From assembly GCA_022813965.1 (NCBI GenBank), contig JALDZS010000013.1, forward strand, positions 1 to 64,000: DNA of 64,000 bases. The letters run 5' to 3'. Origin of the DNA: Toensbergia leucococca. Taxonomy: Eukaryota. This document shows positions 34,529 through 47,869 of this stretch, one piece after another; the stretch's first letter is position 1, and each line of letters begins with the position of its first letter. Below the pieces are notes generated by a model. The model was not told the DNA's origin, ran no database searches, and saw nothing but the letters and a program-made list of their open reading frames with translations. A program made the position numbers and the translations under genes.

Positions 34529-36322
34529 TCACAATGCTCCGCGGCCGATAGTGAATCTTCTCGAGGGTAACTCAAAGGGTCCAGTGGCCTGGCGTTGCTG
34601 CTCTGTCGGCAACTCGGATGGGACCTGCGTGTCCGGCGCTTCGGCGATAAGGATGTCGTTAGGGGTTGTGGGGCCCCATTTTTCACTGGGGGGGTCTTCC
34701 CTGGGAGGTGGGTTTGGTGAACGATGTTTTCGCTTTCGACGGAGGAGGAGGAGGATAGTGCTGGCTAGCAGGGCGATGGCGGATATTGTCCCGATGGCTA
34801 TGCCTGCGATGGCGCCGGTGGAGAGGCCTTTGTTTGAATGGGAAGGGGTGGAGGAGGTGATTGGTGGGTTCGTGCTGGAGGATGAGCTTGTTGGGTTTGC
34901 CGCTAAGGAAGAGGTGGGGCTTAAGGTCGCTGATGTACAAGAAGGTGATGGGTATACGACTAGGTTCTGGGTTGTTTGCCGTTGGCTCTGCCATAGGATG
35001 AAGTTTTTGGCTTCGGGTTCAACTAACAGATATGCTGCGCTGAGGAAAGTTTGACCAAGGATTGGTAGATCGTCGCCGTTTGTGGACTGTAAGCTGTTGA
35101 GAGCGATCTCCTTGGTGGCGTTGTTTACTACTATAGTACCCTCATTATTGATGGTGGCATCTGGTATCGCAAGTTGGCTGTTGAGGATTCGGAATGAAAG
35201 ACCCGACGCCAGAGTGAGGATCAGATCACCAGCATAGCTGTCTTCGATGTTAGCACAGTTTTCATGTTGTGGTGGATGATTGAATTAGGAGGAGAAATCG
35301 TCACTCACACGCCTCCATCGGCTGCGTACTGCTCGCCATAATCATGGAGTCCATCGGTTCGCCCAAGGTAGGTGCCTCCAGCATTGATTAGGAAAATTTC
35401 CCAGTAATCATACGGAATGGTAATAATCTCGTAGTCCGGTTGGAGGCACATCTCTAAGGCCGTCCCTCGAGATTCACCTTGAAGGCTGATGGTTGTACCG
35501 TTGTTAAAATCCATCTCAATGTCGCTTACGGTCACCACCATATGAGAAGCACAGTCTGTAGTATATGAAAACTGACCAGTGAAATTACTGCCAGTGACCT
35601 TAGCTTCGTCATAGCCTCCGAGAACTAATAGTCCATCCATTGCGGAAGGATAGCCATCACCTTCCAACCCCCAGAATATCGACCATGTCTTCGCGGCTAT
35701 CTGTCCAGTATTATACAAAGCGTTTAGGAATGTTGAGTTTTCTCCGAGACCTATGGCGTTCATGTGCAGACCTTCGCTCCCCGGGACGGCCAATGGAAAG
35801 GACGTAAGCTTGCTGTCGGAATTAAGTGTGACCAATTCTGTTGCCCATGTGGCATTAGAAAGCTTGACAAAGGGTTCCGAACTCTCCATAGTGAGAGCTA
35901 TGTCAGAAGAGCCTCCAGCAGCATCCTGGCTGGATACTTGATTCCAAGAAGAAGAAAGGGTTTGGCTGTAAAGCCCACCGACATTAATGGCGCAAGCCAG
36001 TGAAGATATTCCTGAAGAACATGGACCATAGCTATCATAGATATAAGTATTGTTATATGCTCTGTTGTTGCGTTAATTATCTGACGTGCTGGTAGGGTTA
36101 TGATCATACCCTATAACCTCAAAAGCGAGATCTTGCGGGGGGGTACCAATTGACATGGCAATTCCCCGTCTTTGCAAGAAATTTGGAAAGGAAACATTTC
36201 GAATTGGTAGTACCAGAGTTGAGGCTCCGCATGTTGTTTGACTAGAACAAAGCAAAGGTAGAGAAAAGGTATATTATGATACCATGTGTCCAAAAGCTTC
36301 GCTGCGACTGGTATGTCGACAT
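34529..36322 (-). CDS. Pepsin-like (A1) fold type-I membrane protein lacking both catalytic Asp motifs; two introns (~36062-36108, ~35239-35308); probable 1-nt frameshift near 36255
   Basis: Motifs MSIGTPPQDLAF, AIGLGENSTFL, DGLLVLGGYD and LPILGQTFLSAAYL, followed by a Ser/Thr stalk, TM GLSTGAIAGIAIG...LLLLRRKRK and a cytosolic tail with ELP repeats. Confidence 0.8.
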
Positions 36323-37487
36323 TGGAAGAGGCATGAGGACTTCGGGAAAATCTGCGATGACTTTTTCCTAGAGCTCTCAACCTTGGGAATCGAGACAATC
36401 AAAGCGATATTGCAAGGCATAGCGGGGGACGAACTGAAACCCACGAGATCCTTGAAGCAGAGAAAACATCTCAAAATAAAGAGCGGCAAGGCGGGCGCTT
36501 GAACGAATCAGAATGCAATGCAGAGACACAGAACATATGAAAAGCCCACAGGCTTCATCTCCGTGGACTAGTACGAGGCTATCATAATCGGCTAATGCAC
36601 ATATACTCGCTGTCACTGCGGCGTGCTCCATCTGCCTCTTTCTTGTTCAAGGTGATTGCATTTTCGAGTTGACAGGGGATACCTGAAACCTTCCCTACCT
36701 GAAATTAGAGTACAACGGGAACTGGGAAGAAAGTAGAGCTAGGTTAACCTCTATTGATCAAACAGCGATAGAATTTCTCGACCAATATGTCATTCATTAA
36801 CCGGTTGATTTCTGTTCTCTAAATCGCGGGCAACGTATCAGTGAAAACGTGGCTCGTTTTCCTAGGGTAGTTTTGAGACTGCAAATAAGCCTAATCCGCT
36901 CAGGACAAAGAAGTACGACCCATAAACCTCGTAGCAGGCACGATGATCAAATCTTCTGGTTAGCACTCCCTGCCGTTGGGTGGTGTACACAGGTGGGTAA
37001 TACACTCTTTCCGGGTAGGGCAATGCAGACTTTTACCATTGCTTCGAAAAGCTTGCACATTTGTGTTGTAGTCTGCAGCTCTATCTTGCGCATCCACATG
37101 CTCTGATTCAGCTAATAAGGGAAAACTGTTCAGTCACTGTTTATGTCTCCAGCAATGAATCCGGAACGGAATAGTGGAAAGTGGAGAGCGGAGAGTGGCT
37201 CGAGTGGGTAGAAGGATGTTGTATTCTACTGCCGGGCCGCGTTTGGTTAGAATTCTCTAGCCAATCTCGGGACGGAATGTTTCACTTAGGCGCCAATTCC
37301 CTCAATCACAGGTTTAATTGGATATCATGTCATATAGCCTGTTGATTTGAAAATTGAATGAAACAGTCCCTCCGCTAGTCAAGCGTCAGCGCCTACGCTG
37401 GCCGCATCCGATTCCTAGGTATTCTCGATTCATTTCTTTCACATTACACATCGCATCTCGTAAATCACTTCCCTCGATATTTTCTTT

Positions 37488-38532
37488 ATGTTTTTCAAGC
37501 ATGCTTATTCCAAAAATATGAGATTAGCTTTTCGCATTTCTATCGTCGCCTCTCTGGCATTCTTCGTTCTCGTGCTCTTTCTGCCTAATCTTCGAGCAAC
37601 ATGGAATCGCAACCAACTCGAGGCTCCTTACAATGCGCAGCAGGTCCCAGCCTTAGCGCCTCCATCCAATACCCATCAAGACGACTTTGTGCCACCCGAC
37701 GTTTGGGGAACAAAGACCATCGTGATGGCCAGGCTACTCTCGGAGAATGTATCTTGGGTGGAGGCAAATCTCCCCGAGTGAGCACATCTCCTATCATTAT
37801 GCATCGTAGCAATCTGACACCGTTAAAGATGGCGACGTGCCATATACATAGTTGATGACCCCAATGCTCCCCTTCACACGCCTACCAACAAAGGCCGCGA
37901 GGCCATGGCATACCTAACATATTTAATTGACTTTTACGGAAAATACCCAGAAACCATTGCTTTCATTCATCCCCATCGAGACGGCTGGCCCGGGGGATGG
38001 CACACCGATGCCGCGAACTACGACAACGTAAATTCGCTGAATGAGCTGAGAACCGATTTTGTCCAGCAGAATGGCTACGTCAATCTACGCTGCCTTCAGA
38101 ATCCCGGTTGTCCAGATGAGATGCAACCTTTTCGTAAGCCCAATCCAGATGACCCTGAAGACCGCCGCGCCGAACGAATCTACCCAGAGGCTTGGAAATA
38201 TATTTTTGGCGATACCATTGAAGTTCCTAGACAAATCGGGGCTGCCTGCTGCAGTCAATTTGCCATTTCTGGGCGGCAGGCGCTTGCGCGGTCTTTGGAT
38301 GATTACAAAAAAATGAGGAAATGGCTTTTACAGGTTGAAATCGATGACTATGCCAGCGGCCGGGTGTTTGAATATATGTGGCACATCATCTTCGGCAAGG
38401 AGCCTGTGTAGTACGCTAACTTAATCATGGTCATGTTTTCGGAGTTCCAACTGACTTGGCTGTAGCTGTCCCGACCTAAGCAACTGCTATTGCAGTGTTT
38501 ATGGACGCAATTGTCCTAATCCACACAGTTAG
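37488..38532 (+). CDS. DUF3431 family type-II membrane protein; exons 37488 (or 37518)-37777, 37829-38410, 38466-38532
   Basis: N-terminal TM, then NKGREAMAYLTYLID, FIHPH...WHTD, GYVNLRC, ACCSQFA, SGRVFEYMWHIIFG and terminal CP...CYC. Confidence 0.88.
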
Positions 38533-39999
38533 GAATTCGCTTCTCAGCAAGAGCAACTTTACCTATAAAGATCACCCTGCGTCAACAGGTCTGGTGATCC
38601 ACCAGACCTGCCTATCAACTACACGCTTACCAGCTACCCGCCTACTCATTGAGTCGGTCTTTGCTCAACGACTCAATGTTTCAGACAATTCACAGGCTAT
38701 AGGGCCTTTTACCAAAACCAGCGTTCTTATAACCCACAGTACAGCACGTCAAATTAGTCCAGCCAGGGAGCCTGATCCGCAAATCATATTGCCATCGATA
38801 TGTAGGGACATGCGATGAGGACTATGTCGGAGGGTGGGTTCGGGACGACTTACAGCCTAAGCCACGTTACTGCCGGCTACCCTAAGCACCTAAACAAGCA
38901 TCGCCCTCGCCTCCGCCACCAACGGTATTGTTGGATGTCGCAGAGCTCTCAAGCTCCTTTAACCTCGGCGCCTGTATCTCGAATCACTTGTTTGTATATA
39001 TGTGACCTGCTCCTAGCAGCCTGCAGGAATACAACGAGTCGAGAGCGGACTGCTCGAGAGAAAGGTATGCATGCAAAGTGACGAAAATGCGAAGAAGCGA
39101 AGATCTAAAGAGGGCGCCTATAGAGACAGGAGGTAATCCTGCTAAAGTCTCCACTATTTAATCGCCATTACTTATGTTCGAATATCATTCTACGGGTTGA
39201 GAATTCTGACTTTTGATATTGGATTGAGAAGTGAAAACGGCGAGAGGAATGAGATGTAGTTTCTCGGGCATTAAGGTAATAAATATAGTCTCTTATTACT
39301 GGGACAGTGCTGAGGCGTGATTTGATATCGTTTGCGACGATGTGGTATCTAGCTTATCAAGATAACAGATATCTAATTTGTCAAGTCACCTCCGACCGTC
39401 TTCGTGCCTGAGACTTGAAGAGGCACATCCTGTGAGCTGCATGTGACAGCATATTGATTGGAGCGGGTAGGTCTGAGGTTGGAGTGGGACGAGCAGCGGG
39501 GAGTAGTCGCTAGGTCGCTCGAAGTCTAGTGGGCTCGTATGAACATCGCGAGACCATGGGGAAGAACTAGTTGGGTAAAAGATGCTGGATTCAGAGTGTC
39601 TTTGTCTTTCTTAAGGGGCTTGGTGGTCGGAGAATCAATGCTTTCCCAGGCATAAATGCCAAGTGTATGGAGTGATCTGGTTTTGTCAAGGGCTTGTATA
39701 CTGATTTGCTTTTCCTCAGCAGTGCAGTGGGGGTTTCATATTTGAAGGAATTATGGCGCCATTCTGGCAGAGTTCTTGACGTAGGGAAAAGTCATACTAG
39801 GACCTTCAAGGCGCCGAAATGCTATTTCCTCAATTTTAATTCAGGACCTTGGAAATGTGGTCAAACTATACGGTCCGTTGTAGCGTGAAACTGTCATACA
39901 GAACTTCTTTACTATTTTTTCCGATTCTCAGATAATTTGCTCCAGAAGTCTCGTCACTATTGAAGATGAGAGCAACGAAAGTCGTAATCAATGGAACAA

Positions 40000-40896
40000 T
40001 CTGGTCTCAATCAACTAGGCTTGACGTAGTCGCCTGAAGAAATGTCGGAGTCCCAAATGGACCCGAATGTAGGAGTATGCATGATAGCATGGTACTCATG
40101 GGGAAGCCCCAGGATCGAAAAGTGAAGTTGCAGCCCTAGCAAATTGTCATACCAAAGCCAAAGCTCGAGACAGCTGTAAAAGGTTTTCAGTAAGCATGCA
40201 GTAAGGGCTGCCAAGATACCGATGTCGCAGGGCGATCCCTGGAAATGGTATGAACTTCATGACCATTACTCAAGGATCTTATCAGCACCCAGGTTACCAT
40301 CAGTAACCAGCACGGCCACATAAAGTATATCTTGACGTCGTGCCATTTCCTTAATTTTCACTCAGCAGAGGCGACTGTGCTGTGTCTCTTAGACGGATGG
40401 GGAAACATCTTAAGATGTAAGAAACAGTAACTAGTTCGAAAGCCTTGTCGCAAATGCACCGAGCCGCAGCTTGAGAAGGTCCATAGTCATCGAACAAGGG
40501 GCGTTTGATAAAATCGCCCAGAGCGGTTAAGGCGTAGACGAGCACAGCCAGCTACTTGACCACATCAAACCATTCCATCAAATCCGGCGCTTCCCTCGCG
40601 TCGTATATCATAGGGACGAAGGCCAATAGCCAGGGTAGGACACTACCAGGTCCGTGCCATGAGGACACGGCGCTAATATCCTCCTAGGCCTCGATGTCAT
40701 GCCTTTTCTTTGGGATGTAACTCATTGCACCCAGGAAGCAAAAGCAGATGGCTGCTATGGGCATGAACGGGTTATCAGAATGAATGAGCACACTAGCAGT
40801 CGCGGGTGAGAACTCAGAAATCGCTGAAGTTGATTGTAGGAGAAGATAGTCGATTTTACTAGTGATAGCTGAAGAGATCCACTCACTGACTGACAC
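40000..40896 (-). pseudogene. Degenerate membrane-protein gene
   Basis: ORFs 40684-40896 and 40351-40545 are in one frame, interrupted by TAG codons. The joined reading includes VSSWHGPGSVLPWLL and hydrophobic segments. Boundaries are approximate. Confidence 0.45.
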
Positions 40897-41962
40897 CCAA
40901 TTGCTGGATGTCTCAACGTAGGAATCCTCTCCAACTTTGCTCGGACCGCGGCGGAGGCGTTACGGCATGGGCTGCAGTGATAGAGCCATTATTTAGTGTT
41001 GGGAACTCTACTTGGAGCGATGGTAGAGAATCTTTGAGTTGGAAAGCTCTTAGATAGATGTTTGAGATGGAGTAGGCATGGCCTCTGGTAACATTTGGAG
41101 ACCATCGTCTTCCTGAAGCGGCGGATGCGTCATGATGTACGTCCTGCATCTTCATGAGACACTTGACTCTTCAAACTTCAAAGCCGCTTGTGGTACGTGC
41201 TGTGATATCAGGTACCTATCAAGTCTGTACTAGGGTGATAGGGTTATCCAGCTAGTGTCAGTATTTGTGTACGAGTGCAAGAAGATAGGTATCTTTAAAG
41301 TTGCGTCAAGCGGCTAGAATATTTAAGCCAAGCCGGGAGTGCCGGCGAGTTGATGTCTCCGCGCTTCCTAGATTCGATTTCGCGATTAACTTTTCCTAGG
41401 CTACCTAGGGTAAGATGACCTTTCAAATTCAACGACAGCACACTGCCCAAGACGGTTGGATTTGGATTTGCGTTTCCATCCATGACCTTTTGAAATCGTT
41501 CCATGTTTTGTTTCATGACCCCGGTTGATAGCGATTGATCATTGCAGATCGTCAGTCGTCACCTTATTGATTTTGGTCTCCACTCGGGCAATAATTGTAA
41601 GCAGCAGTCGATATGAGGTGACATTTAAGCCATTTTCATAGCTGTGCAAGTTGGTGCTAACGGTCTCTATGATCTACGAAGCATGGAGTCAGCACCTTGC
41701 CAAGCAATGAATGACATGTGTCCTTAAGTCGATCTATTGAGTTGGTGGTTGGTGATGCAGCAGAAGAGAGGCTCAAGACCGAGAGGGTAAAATGCTGATA
41801 CTCACGTAGGACAAGATTGCGAGACTGTTGTGATATGCAAAGTCATACCGTCCCCAGTCGCATACGCAACCCTTTTTCCGCGGCCTGAACCACCTTATTT
41901 CCGTCGATCTTACTCTTCTTCTCTTACTTTCATTGACCGTTCCTGCTCCAATCACTTAGGTC

Positions 41963-43448
41963 ATGTCTCCATGTGCCGTTGCCATGGATGCTCTCGATAG
42001 TTTGCCGTATACCAAGTATCTAAGGACGCTCGTGCGACTTCGACCTGAAATCATCCCATTCTTGACATACATGGAAGAGGCTCATCCTGATAGTAGGCAT
42101 GAATGCTCTGTTCACATCATTGACAGTGGGAAATGTGGTCTCTTACATGAAGCCCCAGGACAAAATATATCAACTGAAACATGGTTTAGGGCTGCCATAC
42201 AAAAACCATCTAATGGGGCATCAACCCGTCTCATACTCACGACCATGGAAAGGTTCGATGTTCCACCTCAATGGCTGCTCGATGCTTTAGGCATGACGTT
42301 CGACCTTGAGCCGGACTTTCTTTGGTCACAACATCGCCATTCATATCACGGCGGAGGGGTTCGCTCAGTACACGAGCAGCTAGTACGACATTCTAAGGAG
42401 GATTTTCTCGATCTCGATATGGGATTCGACGATGGGCGGGAAGGATAGCTAAGACTTTTGCGCGAAGATCGTAGAAAATCATAGCCTCGGGCATGAGAAG
42501 ATCAACATCGGTACGCTAACATGGTTTTATGTCCATCCTCAAGCTTCAATGATTAACGCTCTTACGATAGTCATCATCTTTGCAAGTGTGACAATCCGCG
42601 AATATTTCGCTCAGCTTATAGACTACCGCCCATGTGACTCGGAGGCTGGTATACTCCCCAATATACAAAATGTAGGCCCGTTTGATCCCAAATACACCAA
42701 GTACTTCTATCGTCACTTGAACTCCATGAAAGCTGTGGACATCGCTTCTGCAGACCAACGGCCAATTGAATATCTTACTCAATTCCTCCCAGCGTTTCAG
42801 AATAAACTTAGTGCGGACATGCATGCTATGCGCATGGAATTGCAGAAGCTGCTGTTGAAAAGGCCGAAAGAGCGAACGGCTACGGATGATGAGCAATTGT
42901 ATGAGCAGTGGATAACTAGTCGTCAGTGTCTTGAGGCGTTCGATTTACTCAGCAAAGACTTCAGCAGCTACGTACTCCGTGCAAGTGCGCCTAGAGACAC
43001 CGCAGCAGCGGACAATTGCTGCCAATATTTCTCCAGAATCATTGAGGCACATGAGTCAATACTGAAGGAGGGACGTAAACTTGATCTGCACGTTCGAGAC
43101 ACCATCCAGCTCCATGTCGGGAGTTTCTCTTTGAAAGAGTCAAGAAAATCTTTAGCCCAAGCAAAATCGATTGCGAGAGTGACCTTTGCTGCTTTTGGTT
43201 TCCTGATACTTTCACTCGTCACGTCTTTTTTTGGTATGAACATCAAAGAGTTGAACGGGGATGGTCCGCAAATCAAATGGTTGTTGGTTGCTGCTGTCTT
43301 AATTACTGCTCTGGCCTTCATCTGCTGGCTTCTCATGTGGCGATTGAGATCAACGGCTCTGTGCGACGAATTTACTGATATTCAGAGTGGAGAACGAGAA
43401 ATTTGGACATTTAGTTCTGGTGAAGTTTCGGATTCGCACTTGCCTTAA
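41963..43448 (+). CDS. CorA-like (GMN motif) two-TM domain protein, apparently disrupted near 42446-42452; intron 42511-42570
   Basis: ESRKSLAQAKSIARVTFAAFGFLILSLVTSFFGMN followed by a second TM; N-terminal LLDALGMTFDLEPDFLWSQH. A stop and a frame offset separate the parts. Confidence 0.7.
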
Positions 43449-44167
43449 CGACGGTTCTCCCATCCAACGTAATGGCTCAATAGCTTCCTCGGGTCACCAA
43501 AGCGGGCTGAGGTAGAAAGGCCCGAAGATCTAGGGCCCCACGCAGGATGATCTTACGGGAGCGATGATTTTGTACATATCCGTACATCGATGGCTCAAAC
43601 ATTACCCCTCATCAGACGTACGGCAGATTGGAGTACCCTCTCAAAAGCGAATTCAAAATACATGGATTTGCTGAGACACCAAAACTATCCCGAAACTTAT
43701 CAAACATCGCCCAGAGTGCGCCATACTGTCGGGTCTTCCCTGTAGACTCTACATATCCCAAGTCTGCTGAGACTCTACTTCAAAACCGTGGCCGTTTGTT
43801 GTATCTTTCCGCAGGCTTTTCAGGGTCATGGCTGCCATTGTCACATATGGTGGCTCATCAAAGAGCTGCCCGAGGTTCAGAGAGGTTTTTCAATCTCGAA
43901 ATGCGCAACCAAGCACAACTTTTAGTTTTGCTTGTTCCCTTACGGCGAAATAGAAAGGGACTGTCACAGAAAGGTCACAACAGGCGCGTACAATCATAGG
44001 CACGTGTCTGGAATTGCCTCGAATGTGTGTTGATCAATCTCTTAGGTTAAAGATATCTAGACCAAGATCAGTGATCAATGGTGCACTACTAATACATTTT
44101 CGACGTGCTATCCGGAGGGTTTCCACCGTCTCATCCATCAAGCATCTCGGTGTAGCCCATCTCCGAC

Positions 44168-45439
44168 TCAAGACACCCAGTTTACCCCATTAATCCAAAC
44201 CTGCTGTATATTCTTTGTCGCCGTGATCTCTTCGAGAGGATTACCCGCAACAAGGACCAAATGGGCTCGATTGCCTGGCTCTATAATACCACGATCGGAG
44301 AGTCCAAAATGCAGGGCGGGTAATATCGTGGCAGCCCTCAAAGCATCAACGTTCTTCAATCCGGCATCAACAAGAAGCTCCATTTCATCATGATGAAGGT
44401 CTTGGCCATGCATAGGGTGAGCAGGCGCGAAGGGCGTTCTGTTGGCGTCTGTTCCCGCGAGGATTGCAACACCGGCATCGCACATTGCCTTGAGACTCTT
44501 GGTAGCGTTGGCGTATTGCAAGGCTCTCGCGTCTATTCCAGATCAGTCTGAGCATTGGTGAGAGTAGCACTAAGACTTACCGCTAGAGGCTTCTGTCGTC
44601 ATGGTGCCTCTGCTAGGGATTTTTTCCATCATGATTAGAGTAGGGATACAAACCTGACCCTCAGAGACCATGCGATCAATAAAAGCCCTGTCAAGAGTTT
44701 TATCTAGCGGAGCATGAGTGATAAAATCTGCGCCGGCCTTTTGTGCTATCTCAAATGACATTGTGAGTACTGCATGAACGATTGCAAGCTTCTCATTTTG
44801 ATGCGCAGCTGCGACTAGGGCTGTGACGATATCCTGCGACATGAGAAGATCATGGACGATTTTGATATAGTCTGATCCCTTAGAGATTCTGTCCGCTACA
44901 AACTCATCGGCCTGGGAAGGATCCGTCACCCATCCTTCCAGGGGACGTGACTTTTGCTTGAAATTGGCTGGGTAACCAGTGCTACGGCAATCCGAAAGCC
45001 CATTACGTCCAGCTTTCTCCCGCATTAAATCCAGGAGCGTTGTCGGAAAGCATGCTATGTCCAAAGCAGTGGTGACACCCCAATTCCGCATGGCCTCAAA
45101 GTCTGAGAGGCTGTTTAGGTGAACATGGGCGTCAAACAGGCCCGGAAGCAAAACACCTCCGAGTCCATCGACTACGTAAGCGCCTGTGCTGTCAACACCG
45201 ATTCTATCGCCGTCGATAACGACAGTGGAAGGTGGGGTCACTTTATAGCCATCAAAGACTCTGACGTTGGTGATGGCGGTCTTCATTCTCGTTCCGGCAA
45301 AGCTCAATGTATCATCTGCGGAGAGCTTCATGTTTGTCGAGCCCGTCATTTTTGCGTCAACTAATGGAATAGCCGATTGTTGGTGGGCATAAGGGACGTT
45401 ATCGGCATTGACAGCGGCACTGTTGCTTCCAGGTGTCAT
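44168..45439 (-). CDS. Metal-dependent amidohydrolase (imidazolonepropionase-like); exons 45439-44581, 44532-44168
   Basis: Motifs LLPGLFDAHVH, YIKIV, IVHA, THAP, ILAGTDAN and RGIIEPG. The intron GTAAGT...AATAG (44533-44580) joins the two ORFs in frame. Confidence 0.9.
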
Positions 45440-46199
45440 GTTCTCTTGTCAGAGTCTTCAGGAGAAGAAGATATCGTCGTGGACCTCGCCGTCATTATGT
45501 CAGTAGGTAAGCTAGAGTTAAGGATAAAATTGGAGAGATGTCAATCAAGTCGCGCGATTGATCTACAGATTCAAGAAGTTACAAATTGTCCTTGAGCATG
45601 TTCATCGTCGCATATTGACCGGCGCATATTCATTGAAGATTCATTCCGGTATCTACCCACTGAGTAGCTACGTATGACCAATAAACATGATAGATTGATG
45701 ATACGCCAAAAGGTGAATCTCAGTATGGAGAATTTTGGTAAGACAGCTATCTACTCGCTTCAAGATGCTCACTATTTTGCAACCTTCTTGAAAGACCCAG
45801 CCTCGAGATATTGCAAACTTATCTCAAGATGAGAAGAGGGATCACTCTGGTCAAGATAAAGCTTTTCTCTTCATTTAACGATACTCAAACGCTTTAATTT
45901 CTTCTTTTAAATTTCGTTGAGAATGCTTTTTGATAAATGTCTGTAAAGACTTCTGCTGCGTCAATCTACTTCTTTTTGATCAATGAAGACTTTTTATTAT
46001 CACTTCAGATGACAGCAAAGGAAGGTAAGAAGGTAAGTTCAACAGAGAATTAAAGATAAAAGACCTGATATAAGGAGTAAATTTTGTCTCTTTCACCTTT
46101 TACAAATAATGAAAATTATGTGCTTTGCTGATAGTCAACATTATGTGAGAAAGTGATAATCATAATAGAAAGTATTCTATAACAGTAGAAGGGATGAAA

Positions 46200-46820
46200 T
46201 GTGATCAGTCAGCTTCATCATCACAGTCCTGAGCAACCCTTGCTACTGCCTCTCTTTCTTCCTTCCTTCCTCCCTCCCTCTGATCCCCTGAATAACATCT
46301 GTGCCCCGCAGGCTTTGCAGGCTTTGCAGGCTTTGCGGACGCCTTTGCCTTCTCTTGAGCTTTTGCTCTTGCCTTCACTTTCATACCACCGGTGGCTCGC
46401 TTCCGAGTAGCTGCAGTTGCAACCACTTTATGTCTCCTCCCGGGGGGCCGGAGGTACGTCTTCATGGGCTCCGCCCCCTTCTTCGTCACTTGACGAGGAT
46501 GCCTCTCATCCTTCTTCATCAGTGCTCGTATCATCGACTGAGAGGAGATTCCCCTCATCAGCGTCATCATCACTATCATGTGTCCCACGGATGGCGGTGT
46601 GGGGACAGGCGGGGAGTTGTGGGGCGACGCGGGAGGTGATGTTGATTTCGGGAACCCTGTTGACAGCGTGCGGGTATACCATGGAGTTTGGGGGATGTGT
46701 ATCCCGGACTATTCGAGCAAGGGCTCGCTCCGTTCCTGCCGCTGCAACATTGGGAACCGTGCTAGTCAATGCCGGGAAGTTCAACTGTGATACACCATGT
46801 TAACGCTATCAAAGCATACA
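46200..46820 (-). pseudogene. Orphan gene relic, copy A of a diverged duplicated exon
   Basis: Splice acceptor ...GTATCACAG, then LNFPALTSTVPNVAAAGTERALARIVRDTHPP, an acidic tract, an in-frame TGA at 46506 and a PAK repeat. Confidence 0.55.
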
Positions 46821-47869
46821 CAAAGAAAACAAAGCTTGTGAGCCATAGCCTCCGGGTCAAATTGCTCATCAAACCATCAGAAGGATCTGTTCGTTGACTA
46901 CGCAGTGTCGAACTATCACTCAAATGCCTGAAGGGGGTGTTCCCGTATCTTCATGAGCTGTCGCATATGAAAAGAATTGCCATATGATCTCTGATGACCA
47001 TAAGCGCTGCCTTGATGAATTCACGTCTCAGGATTTGATATTCTCCATATTGATCGTGGCTCCTTGGTTGGGATTGAATCGATCGGAGTATGCTGTGTCA
47101 GAAACGTGCTGGAGTCATATTTTCATATGAGGTTCGATTCCTAATGGCGCTGGTACAATGGTGTAGTGGGTTTTGTGTTCTCTAGAAGCACCACAGCTTT
47201 AACTATTGAAAGGATGAGAGTTCATCAGTATACATGTCCAACTCAGCAAGAATACTATCGAAGCCCAAAGTGTTCTAACATCACATGTCAACGCACCCGT
47301 TATTTATGGCCCTATGGTCGCTGAGTATAAGTCTCCGTCTATACCATCATCAGCTCAAGCGGGTCAAACCTCATCCTTCCTCCCCTTCAACGAAAAGGAC
47401 ATCCCGACAATTCAGCAAATCGTTTCTCGGTAGCTATAGCCTTCTAAGCGCGAAGGCATCTTCAAGGGCCAGACATCTACTACAAAAGCCAGACTTTATT
47501 AGTAGCGAAGATTCTTCTGTCAGATGTGAGATGGAGTGATCGGCATGGAAGTTTCTGATTGGCATTAAAGTTTCTGATCGTCACTCAAACAGGACGAGGA
47601 GTGGCTTTCTTTCTGCAATCGAAAGGAGCAGCATGTTGCGCTTCTGGCGCGCAGCGAGGCCGGTAAGCTCCCGTGACGTTCTTTGGGGCTGAGACTGGCC
47701 GAGAGACCTTGCCGGTTTAGTACTAACAGGAAGTTGTTACTCGAATTCCGAAGTCGAGTCATAATCCTCCAGTATAGCTGAATGTTGACGGCAGACTGGT
47801 GGATCTAGAGTCTAGGACCACCTCATCTTGTATCTTCTTTAACCTCTCAACTGTCCTGACTCAATGGGC

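Noticed and set aside
34419..35054. 211-aa plus-strand ORF
   Set aside because: Antisense shadow of the pepsin-like gene's last exon.
44533..44580. Apparent split of the amidohydrolase into two ORFs
   Set aside because: Explained by a canonical 48-bp intron; the gene is intact.
47050..47150. Second tRNA-like B box GGTTCGATTCC
   Set aside because: No acceptor-stem pairing or cloverleaf.
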